From contig OZ296655.1 in assembly GCA_965655095.1 (NCBI GenBank), forward strand, positions 14,446,001 to 14,510,000: DNA of 64,000 bases, written 5' to 3'. The position numbers were made by a program, and so were the translations under genes. The stretch is from Haplodiscus bocki. Taxonomy: Eukaryota. Positions 48,801 to 59,600 of this stretch are shown piece by piece; the stretch's first letter is position 1; each line of letters opens with the position of its first letter. The notes beneath the pieces were generated by a model, which worked only from the letters and a program-made list of their open reading frames with translations, searched no databases and was not told the origin of the DNA.

Positions 48801-51800
48801 CGATAAATTTCCGAAGGAAAAACAGAATCTTAGTGATTGGTCCGTTAAAAGGTTTATTCTCCGAACCAAAGAAATGTTTTCATGTTTTGTGCATCAAATG
48901 TAAATTTCACTTGGTGTCATTTTTCCAAAGGTCTTTTGGTGATCAAATCTGAAGTTGGAGGTGTATGGTTGGAGAATTTGTAATCAATTACTGAGAACAA
49001 TCGTTTGTATTCACAAATTATTCTGAAAAAATATATGTCTTCCGCAAACTATTTTAGGTGTTTGTGCTTTTTACAGGTCAAAATAAACATAGGGGGATCG
49101 AAGGATTCGCAATCATTAAAAATTAACGCGAACTCAGTAGAGATTGTTTCATGAGTGGTAAGACAGTCCTTGTTTTGACACCACTCAAGCTTTTGCAAAC
49201 TGACCACTGCTGCAATGGCTCAGTATTATTGTTGAATCGAGACTTTTTGCAGGTTTTGTGACTTCAGAATATCACTGATGATCTTCACCTGATGTCATAG
49301 AACTGTGATTCTAGTTTTGGTGATGTCATTTCAAAATAAATCCTCCTCTGGAAGTTTGTAATTAATCGCCTTGCATCGGACTTCTAATACTGTTGCCTGT
49401 TGAACACTTTTTGTTTTTGGAAATGCATTTAGTTCAGAGGACGTCGTGTGTAATGTATTATCCGTTTTGCATTATAAAAGTTTTGAAACTGTGGATACTG
49501 TTTGACCTGGAATGAAAAAACTAATTTTCTACGGACAAACCCGGTAAAAAACTTCAGATTCATATGGCTTAAGTGTAGCATTTGCGGCCCTGGAAAAGGG
49601 TTTGACTTGCATTGAAGCAAATAAAATTTGTCATGTTATTTTCTGACAAAGTTTCAAGAGCACTTTTCCTAGAAAACAAATCCTAAACAAAACAAAACTT
49701 ATAACTTGTGTTTTCTGTAGTATACCTTGTTTTGCAGAAATAACCTCTGACTTTTTAGTACGAATTGAAAAGACAAAGATTTGTTATCGAAGTTAAATGC
49801 ACAGAGTCCCTGGGAACAGCCAGAAGACCATGATAAGAGTTGAAGGTTTTGGTGCTGAAGAGAAGTGATAAAACAGAGCAAACTACAATATTGAAACGCC
49901 CACAACCTGAAAAGTTGAATGAAAAACGGCCTTATTGGTCAATGCAATGGTAGAGGTTGATGTTTTGTCCTCTTCTCAGCTTCCCCTCAGAAACCTCCAA
50001 AACAGTTCTTGGATCGTTCTTTGACTATTGGTTTTGATGTAGAGATAACAGAGCTGTTTTTTTAACACTTGTTTGGGATGTGACAAAAATCTTCCGACAT
50101 TTGAAATCCAACAGGCAATCGTTCCTATCATTAACGTGACCAAAAAGATTTTCGTACCAAGTCCAAAATCGGCCTTACTCAGTACACCGGAAAGGTTTCA
50201 TTACACTCTAAACAACAGCACTCTATTGTTTTCGCATGTTAATTTTGTATCGTACGGTTTCAGCAAATATGTGCAACCGTCGTTTTCTGAGAAGTGAAAC
50301 AGTGAGCACTGGCTCACAGTAGATCTTTTTGTCGTCGTGGACTCTCGCCGAACGCAGCATTTCCATAGACGTGGAGGAAGAAACGGACGATTTTCTTAGC
50401 GGAGACATGACCCAGAGTCATCAGTTGGCTTCGTTTTTGTGCAAGAATGATTTTCTGCGTTTGCCAGCTTTTTTGGGTGAATTTAATCTATTGCGAGAAA
50501 ATATGACCAGGCTGCCGCAGTAGGTCATCGACAATGGTCGTTGGAGAATCGTTGGCTGCAAAGATTCAAGTTTGTCACAGGTCAAATACTAAAGTTTCTC
50601 ATATTGTGAGGTTTCGATGTTTTATGCCATCTGATGTCTTCCCGAACAACTCAAACTATGTTCTAGGTAACGCCTGGCAACCGCTCAATCGGCCACCTTT
50701 ACGTCATTACGCCAACCCAAGTGTTCAAGTTGATTGATTTGCCGTGGACATTTTCAAAAAATTCCAACATCCTGTTTGAAGGCGGAACACAACCAACACA
50801 TTGATAAGCCTTCAAACTCGACAATTTTGTATCATTTGTCATTCTGTAATGCCGTCGATTTTTTCCTTGTACATACCTTCGTAACTCAACGTCACGTGGT
50901 TGTTCCATTAAAAAAAAAGTTTCAACAAACATTAGAAGGAAAGAAACAAATGTTGTTCTGTTTTCTTTAGAAGTTCGGGTATGGTTTGGGCCAGGGTAGT
51001 GAATTCAATTTGAAAATTAAACGAATTCCCTTTCAACTTTACACTTCGACGTTTTTTCTCAAATATTCAGTAGCCTTCCCAATGTTAGCCTCATACAAAA
51101 GAAAAGTTTTTCGCAAGTTGGTGGTCACTCACTTTTGATGCTATCATCAATCGTTGAGATTGAATCGTTTTGCTTCGTCGAAGAAGTGTTTACTTTAAGT
51201 TCCTTTTCGTTGTACAAAAATCAAATGTAAACATTCGGTGTGTCTTTTGTTTGCTGTTAAGTTAAATTTGTCAAAAAATTAGAAAGACAAATCAACTTGT
51301 GTTTCGAAGCGTACAAAAATCAAAAACAGGAAAATTTACGACCACCGATTGATAGTTCGGATGACTAGAGAATTCGTTTGGAAATGGAAAGTCAAAGGTC
51401 GGTTGTATGTTGAACAAATTTTATAATTTCTTTGATGAGAGTGTTTCACTGATTGAACAGAGATGAACTTCATGTTTTAATTGAAACAGCAAAGTAGTTT
51501 GGGTGAACGAGTGAAATTGACAGTATGTGGGCCTCGTTGCTTGATACAGAGAGATCGGATTCCTTGGCAACATTTACGAAAAGGAAAAACTGTAGGAGTT
51601 TCAGAATTTTCTAGATACAGTCGTTTGGACGTTCCAGTGTTTCTATGTTTTGTCGAAAATTGTAATTGCAGTTGTTTGATCTGGTACTTTCCAATAAGCA
51701 TTGGAAACCAAACTTTTACTCAATGTTGTTTATTCCATAAAGTCCGGTCTATTTCTCAATCTTGGCTAGTGTTCCTGAATTCTGGAGAAGTTTTAGATGG

Positions 51801-51950
51801 GAATCATGTTTTTCTGCCGTCTTTTCTGTCGAAATTGAAGTTTGTCAGCGTTAGTTTTTTTGCTGAAATCCTTTTAAATTGATGATCACATCTTCTACTC
51901 CAGCATTCACTGGGCCTATCTAGCGAAGAGAAAACTTCCCTCCATTGGGT
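39830..51950. mobile_element. Large unknown element, degenerate copy B (truncated ~1-kb module 39830-40450 plus gene-dense body)
   Basis: The right part is collinear with copy A. The left part is collinear with copy D: 41760-41880~57775-57895, 43110-43330~59120-59330, 44910-45040~60835-60960 and 46410-46570~61338-61498. Confidence 0.75.
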
Positions 51951-51959
51951 GGTCAGGGG
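51942..51959. other. att-like site S2
   Basis: CCATTG-GGTGGT-CAGGGG. Confidence 0.6.
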
Positions 51960-52935
51960 CGTCAGATTTTCAAAATCCAAGGCCGGTGGTCTGTTGCTGC
52001 CGCGGTTAAAAAATTAAAGGTTAGAAGGACAGCGTAGTACAGGCGGGGTTTAGGGAGCTGGTTTCGGATCCTACCCAATCGAAGTTTCGCATATTTTGCA
52101 TGCTATCCGGAACGGGATTGCAAGAAATTTGATGTGGGAAAAAATGTCTTCATTCGAAACATTTTGTCGTATGACAGAAGATCGTGTTTTTCGCCCTCTT
52201 TCTAGTTAGTCGAGGCCTGGCTCCACGATGATCCGATATACTTGGCCCAAATTCTATATGTGAGAGAAAACTTTTTCCAGGAACTTGCATGCCTAAATTA
52301 TTGGCACAGACTTTTTTGTTCTGGAGATTGGCGCTGAGAAATTTTCTGAATTTTGTGAAAAATGGGTCAATCTGTCATTTTTGATCGCAAAGTAAACCTT
52401 TCTTAGTCTAATAGCCTCCTGACAAAAAGTAAAATTTCAACCGGGAAATGATTGGGATCAACAAAAATGCTTCGTCCAAAATGCAGAGAGAAAATGGCAG
52501 AAACGATCAGAAAAAAATAGGCATAAGACAGGTTTGTTTTAAAAAATATTGTGAAAGTTCCCCAGCAAAGTTCATTTTTGCGTGGAGCGTACACTAAACA
52601 ATGTCACACAGCTTCTAGACGAGAGCGTGTTTGCTTTTCCCTCTCATCTTGGTCAATTTTTTGTGATTCACAAAAAATTCTTCAACAACGGTACGCCTTA
52701 TAAACTTTGGAATTTCCCGTTGTTCTGGAGAACAGTGTGTTTACATCAGGACAAGCACCTGGACTTCTGTCGTTTTGTTGTTGACCAATCTTACGGAACA
52801 AAAGGAAGCAGTGTTTACCAAATTACCAACAGGGTCAACGTCAGTGTATTATATATCACAATTTCAAAAACAAAAATTTCACTCTACAACATGTCTCTAG
52901 AGTTAGGCCTCCGCCGGGAGTTGATGCCTTTTCAT
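51960..52935. repeat. ~1-kb non-coding module (complete copy)
   Basis: Homologous to 39830-40450, 55666-56604 and 56622-57125. Shared blocks include TTTTGCATGC, GGAGAT(A/T)GGCGC and CTAAACAATGT(C/T)ACA. Confidence 0.8.
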
Positions 52936-52953
52936 CCACTGGGTAGTCAGGGC
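52936..52953. other. att-like site S3
   Basis: CCACTG-GGTAGT-CAGGGC. Confidence 0.6.
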
Positions 52954-53149
52954 TCTTTAGCCAAAAACTACGTGAGTCTCGGTGGAGGAGAACTGCAAGC
53001 GAACCGTTATATATACATCATCTACATTTAATTAATTTTACTTACAATAAAGCGTTTTTGAAAATGTTCCATAGATAGTTGCTCGAACGTTGCGCGTGGT
53101 TTTCTATATTGATGTACAAACAAATTTCTGCTGGCGTTTTTGCGCGATA

Positions 53150-54470
53150 AATTTCTAAACGGAGTATATGTGGTAATGATGGTTTCTTCTATCACATCTC
53201 TTGAGTTTTCAAATTTAGGTCAACTTCTCTCCATGGAAGAAGTTCAGCTGCGTGTAACCGTTACTGGTATGGCATTTTGCTGAAGAACCTTTCTGATAGT
53301 ACCCCCGTTTTCCGCTGGGGTGCACTGACACGGATTTGCAAGGCAATTCTATTAGTTTTCTCAGGCTGATTTTTTCTCGCCAGAATAAAGAGGACATATT
53401 GACCGTTAAAAAAGACCGATCGTCAATTGAAAGACTGTTGGCTACAGATGAGTGTTAGATACCGTGGTGCAATCAGATTTTACTTCGGACCAATGGAAAA
53501 ATGCTAAGGTTTTCGGGTCTACTAACATTTTACTCAGTCAATTGACTAAGTCAGTTGACAGAATAAGTCTAGAAATTGCCTCAGAGATTGATCTTAGGAA
53601 TATGATTTCTTTGTGTTTGTTGGTAGTATTCACCAGGACACGTTCGATGCTGTACTTGATTGGTCAACCAGGGGTGCCACACAGTGCCGAAAACAACTGC
53701 GTGCCCTTTTAGAGAGTTCGTCACTACAAATTGATTAATTTCTTGAACAAGGAGGATCAAAAGGGAACAAAGAAGTATTATAGGCCACCTAAAAGCATAA
53801 CTACGATGCAGTCCAATTTCACCCGGTAGCAATCAGAAACATGTTGGTATTTTCCCTATTTCACGGAATGACAATTTAGCTTTTGAATCGATACACCATA
53901 CAAAATGGAACTCTTGAACATCAAGGAAGACGTTTACGACCATGGGCTATCGGTGTAAAAAGTGTGGGCAAAAGAGAGTGACTAATGAGGTACCTTTGAC
54001 ATTTACCTAGTACCGATACTAGAAAAGTTAGGTTCTTTGTGTACTCTTTTCAGTTAGTATTTTAGAATTTGTAAACGTTTAATTAGTCATTTGTTTCTGC
54101 TAGTGCTCAGAACACTAGTGTGCTCAAAACGGTAAGATCCAAGAAGATTGAAGTTGAAAGTAGGCGGTCGCTATTGTTGCAGTTTCACCCTTCTATTGAA
54201 CCAAGAAAACTGGAACCCTATAATGTGTGAAAACTTTCCTTGAGTTTCCTCTGACATCCCGTGTCCTGCGCCTCAGTACAAGTTTAGCTAGCCCATAGCT
54301 ACTGCCTAGACGTTATTTTCTCAGGAGCTTACCGCATTGTACAGCTGAAAAAAGAGTGGCACTTTTGATTCACATTACTTTAATCAGTTATCGACTGAGA
54401 GAGTTCCTTTCCACATGGCTGGAAAATTTATCACGTCGTCCAGCTGTTATGCCTTTCAGTATGAATGAGG
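53150..54470 (+). pseudogene. Decayed tyrosine recombinase (DIRS/Crypton-like catalytic signature)
   Basis: Manual translation across stops and frameshifts. Box I AIRNMLVFSLFHGM[T; ACA at 53871 is one change from Arg AGA], then KKCGQKRVTNEVPL. Box II LTSRVLRLSTSLA (R at 54269). ELTALYS[TGA at 54346 is one change from Trp TGG]KKSGTFDSHY (Y at 54376). The W-x4-TF-x3-Y spacing matches DIRS-type recombinases. The start is uncertain. Confidence 0.55.
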
Positions 54471-54526
54471 GCAACCAAATAAGCTCTACGGCCACAACCA
54501 TGCTTCTAATCCTGCTTTAATTCCCT

Positions 54527-54544
54527 TCACCGGGTAGTCAGGAG
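54527..54544. other. att-like site S4
   Basis: TCACCG-GGTAGT-CAGGAG. Its downstream flank (G-rich tract then AACCGTTA at 54597) resembles that of S3 (AACCGTTA at 53002). Confidence 0.55.
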
Positions 54545-55647
54545 TTTGTGCTCCTCAAATGGTTGATGCTATGCGGGGGAGGGGGTGGCCCGGATCAACC
54601 GTTAGCTAAAGAGGCAATGGTTTTCAACCACGGTTACGTGAAACTTCAGGGTTCCGCTATTACTTTCCAGAAGTTCCATAAGTTTGCAATTGCAACAACA
54701 GATAAAACAAATTCTGTTTTGTTCCTAAAACGTTTTTTGTGATGTGCATAATATTGAAGCATTTCGCACTGACTTGTTCAGAAGAATCAATTTACTTTTT
54801 TCAAGCACGTACAACTTTGTTATCACGTACTACCTCTGAACAAGATTCTTGTATATCCAAATAGTTCCAATTATAAATCCAAAAAAATCTGTTTTCTGCA
54901 TACTACAACTAAATTATTGTAGATGCGGTTCCTCGAGCCAATAAAAGGGTTCCAGGTGATCTCATCCAAGAAACAGATTGAAAAACACTGAAATACACAA
55001 TTACTACTATCTGATACAGTTTTGAAAACAGCGGCCTCGGCTCCTACCCATGCAATTCCGATGAAATTTTGAATGCGGATATAATTCGGAATTCTGAGAA
55101 AAGTGTTGCAACTTAGAATATTCTCGCCAATTTGGTCCGGGAGTTCTGACGTAATGATTCTGTTTCTTTTGGCCAAATTTCACAGTTTTCTTCTGCTATT
55201 GCCGCAAGCAACCTTACGCAATTGGCCCAAAGTTTCTTTGTGAAGCATACTATCCCCGGGCAAAACACATGAAAACAATTTTAGTCGAAGCCGTCATAGG
55301 TGTGAAGATATGACGGATCGAAACTGGCTAAAAAAGGCAGAAAATCGCTGATTTCTTCTTATCTCCAGGATTGTTCTACATAACTGGCGCACGGACCGCA
55401 AATAGTGAAATACATTTTCTGGGCTGACATGACGGATAACAAGTGTTTTCTAAAAAAAAGTTTCAACACAGACACAGTTTTTGTGGTAAACTTTACATAT
55501 GATATCTGTAAGGTCCTCGTGCTTTCGAAAACCGTTTTGCTGCATAAAGTTCTTGAAATTTGAGAACCTTTGTGGATAAAAAGTGTTATGAGGAAAATCC
55601 TACTCTGCGTTAATCTTTCAGGAAAGGGGTCACGAAAGTCAATTGTC

Positions 55648-55665
55648 CCGCTGGTTGTTCCGTAG
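55648..55665. other. att-like site S5 (strongly degenerate)
   Basis: CCGCTG-GTTGTT-CCGTAG. Supported by position: its upstream flank resembles those of S1/S2, and it is followed by TGCCGAGGTTGAA (55698), as S2 and S6 are. Confidence 0.4.
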
Positions 55666-56604
55666 ATCAGCAAAGTAACTCGGTGAAACAACGGGGCTGC
55701 CGAGGTTGAACAATCATACAATGAAAATAAAACACGTGGCACAGGGTTCTAGCAAAAATTTTCGGAATTTTGCATGCAGTGTTAAAATAGGATGGTAAAA
55801 AGTTTTGAGGTGAGAAGTTTCTTTACCGCTCAGAACGTGATTAGATATGACGGAATGATTGTGTCTCACTCAATTTGCACATTGTCTCCGGCTTAGCTTC
55901 CCTTTGATCTAAGACAATCGGTCAGTTTTTGTATTAGAGGCACAACTACTGTGAGTACCTTGCCAGCCGAAATTTTGTGGTCGAGCCATCTTCGTTCAGG
56001 AGATAGGCGCAGACAATGTTTCAAAAAATTACGGAGAATGGGTCAATTGGTCTTTTTGGATTGGGAATATCATCTTTTTTGTTTTCTCAGCTTCGTGAAA
56101 GAGGTCTAAGCTGAAACTGGAATTGAATGGGATGAAGAACGATCAAGAGGCCCAAAAACGACGGTTATGACGGGAGAAAAATGACAGTTATGATATAGTT
56201 TTTCGACAACAAACTTTCCCGAAAAAATTCATTTCTGCGTGAAGAAAACTCTAAACAATGTTACATAGATTTTGGGCAATTTTTTGTTTGTTTTTCGTTT
56301 TTGACCATTTTCACCTCTTTTGAGGCGCTTCATTTTTGAATCGCGGAAAGCTTTACCATATTGTTATGCCTCATAACCACTAAAGAGTCACGTTGTTCGG
56401 GAGACTGGCGAGGAGCTGATCGGCGTTTAGATTTAAAGAAAACAATTGAAGTGATCTCATCCCAATTGCTGAACAGTCACAAGGAAAAAAAGAATAGACT
56501 CAATTTTATTAATGTCAGCAATAGTATGCATTCAATAAATTTTCCAAAACAATCAATCTACGGTTTAATCGTATAGCCTCAACTATTAGTCGGTATCTTT
56601 TCCT
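55666..56604. repeat. ~1-kb non-coding module (second complete copy)
   Basis: Collinear with 51960-52935 over its whole length. Confidence 0.75.
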
Positions 56605-56621
56605 CCACTGGTGGTCAGTGA
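56605..56621. other. att-like site S6
   Basis: CCACTG-GTGGT-CAGTGA (core 1 nt short), followed by the palindrome GCAACCGGTTGC at 56653-56664. Confidence 0.6.
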
Positions 56622-59600
56622 TGTAACCTATTCAGTATTCCGAGCCCGGGCAGCAACCGGTTGCCGAGGTTAAAGAGTAGCGGCAAAGTGTGCCAAATGC
56701 TACATAGGGACTCTGAAACTGATCTCGGATTCTACTTGAAAGAAATTATCTTTCGTATTTTGCATGCGGCCCTAATATAAGATTCTAAAGGACCCGAAGT
56801 AGGCAAAAGCCTTTCACATTCCTAACGTGATGCTAGATGACGGAATGATTGTGACTTTTACCATATGTTTAGATTGTCTCCAGTCTCGCTTTATCTCAAC
56901 TCGATACAATCGGTCCAAGTTTTCTTTTAGGCAGAAAGATTTTGAGCAGGTTGCTAGCCAATTTTTTTTCGGCCAAACCTTCTTCGTTCGGGAGATAGGT
57001 GGTGACAAAAACAGGTCGTTGTGTCCTTTTTGGTCAGGAAACACAACTTCTCTTCGTTCCGTGTTCGCCTGAACGAAAGGCAAAGCTGAAAGTTGAATTG
57101 GTTGTGGAGTAGTTATGCATTGGACAAGGGTGATATTGAGAGTACAGTCACACATGAACTTATCCTGTTTACTGTCCGGCACCAACCAATCTGGTCCACA
57201 GTTAGTCTTATTTCATAATTACGTAATCTTTGTCTCCAAGTGCCGGATGTCTCGCCCAAGTCAATTATGCGTGGTATCTTCGCCAATGATATGGGAAAGT
57301 CGCTGATATGAAAATGCTGGTTGACCTTCTTTTCTGTCAGAGGCATCAACTTTATTAATTGAATTGTTGCAGAGACCATGAATATTCCGGTATCTTGACG
57401 GTAATTACCTTCAGATAAGATTTCGAAAATACGAAGGTTCCTTTTGACAAAATATTTCTGTATTGCATCTGTTGTTTAAGCTTCTTTCTTGACTCAGTCT
57501 GCTAGATACAGACGCTGCTAGTTTTTATAGAAGAACTTAACGCATCTGATTTTCAGGAAGTGTTGTACTCTTCTGTCTTAACTCTGTTGAAGGTTTGGTT
57601 TGCATTATTGTTCTCAAAAAAGGTAACTTTATTATTTTGATCGGTAGCGGAAAAGTCTTTACCTCAGAAATCATTGTTGCAATAGTATAGGTTTCTGTCT
57701 TCAGTCACGATCAATTGTAGTTTTTGCGGAACGGCAGCTCTGGTGAAAGCTGTTCGTGACTCGAAGAAGGCTACTCTTGTTTCACTTGAAAAGTGGGACA
57801 GACAGACAAACCGTGGCTTTTTGACGAAAGAGAGGCTGTGCAGAAAACCTGAGAAATGCGTAACGTGTGAGCGTGTCTGTGGCAGCAATGACTGCTTATG
57901 TTTTTCGTCATCGATGGAAAGTGCTTCTGTTGCTGAAAACTATTTTGGTTCTTCGGTGTCTTCCTTTGCATCAATCAAAACCAGGACACAATTCTCGATC
58001 GTGGCACCTCCAACAACACTTCTTTGCACGGAGTCCAAATTGAAAAGAAGTTGCAATGTTAAAAAAACCATCTCTGCGGAAGCCACTGAAGACAGACTTG
58101 TTAGCTACTGCCTCTTCTCTTTTCCTTGCTCCAAAAACTCAGCCCGTTCCGGTTGAAGAGAATTGTTTGTTGCAGCTTTGGCAGTGTACACTGGATTGTA
58201 ACCTCTATACTGTTTAAAATCACGCCATGGATATTGTTCGGTTTTAATGTTTCTTGAGTTTGTTCCGCGTTTTGTGAAATTTTACTATAGCATTGAGGTT
58301 AATGTTGTGGTGAAGACTGCATCGACTGTGAACGACTATTTGAATTGTTTCGGAATGAGAAGGAAGGGTGTGTTTGGTACTTGTGAAGAGATTTATGATT
58401 TCGTTCAAGCTGCCGTTTTTGAGATGTTTACTGCAAATTTGTGGATAGGGTATAAGTATGTCGAAGGTTGTGTTCTGGGTGGAGCTTCCATCTGTGTTTT
58501 TGTTTCATACCCATGCAGCTCAACATATTGAAACCGCAGTGGATTTGTCTGCAAGTAATCATCTTTTCAGGCATTTTTTAACTGCAGGCTGCATCCAGAG
58601 TTCGTTCGAATGATCTAAACCACAAAGAATCTGATCCCCCCATCCTTTCCGACGAGGAATTATGCTTGAAAGTGTAATGCGTTGTCTCAATTTAGCATTT
58701 GGCGTCATTTGTCAGATGAATGCTTCACATCCTTCTCCGCTGAATCGCGACGAAGATACAACAATTTTCTGTTACCGCGCAACTATTCGTTGATCTGAGT
58801 GACAACTGATTGCATAAAAAGCCTCCAATTGTGCTCCCTTGAGCCCAAACACTACCTTTAGAATCCAGACTTGGGAGATTTTTGTCATACAAACAAAAAG
58901 AATGACTCAGCCACAATTGTATTACACAAGGACATCATCCGTCGACAATCGAATGCCGTGATTTTTTCTAGTTTTGGCGACTGCATTTTGATTAGCCACG
59001 AATACCAAAAACCGGGACACTTTTTCATTTAATGCTATCGGATCTCAACTGATGCTAATCCCTTGAAACGGTTAACTCTTGAACAAACAACAATCGAACA
59101 TTCTTTGGTTTGCAATCGACTGTTTCGTGTTTAGTTCCTGAATGTTGCTTTTGTTACAATAACGACGAAAGATTTGGGTTGTATGAGTGAACTTCCGCAA
59201 CTCATTCGATACTGAAAGGTCTCAGAATTCCAGATTGTACTTTAAAAAAAGTGTTGCTTGGTTACCTCCTAAAATACGTGATAGTTGGGTTGTGTTTCCA
59301 CAATTCTATCCTGCTGTTTGCGTGGCTGATCCAGCTGTTTACTTTGATATTACCAAAGTAAAGCAAGTTTTCTGAATAATGTAAAATCTAGTCCTTCTAC
59401 TGATTCAGGGGAAGCTTTGTAGACGGGAGGTTTTCAAAATTGTAGATGTCCCTTTGGGAGTTTCGTCTTTTTTGAAAGAACAAGTCACATCGGTTTCAAC
59501 CACCTTCTAAATGTGATTTCGCTTACACTTACATCTTTCAGCTCCGACCCCTTGAGCTAACTTCGAGGTGCGAGTGATGCTTTGTTAAATCCATGTGATG

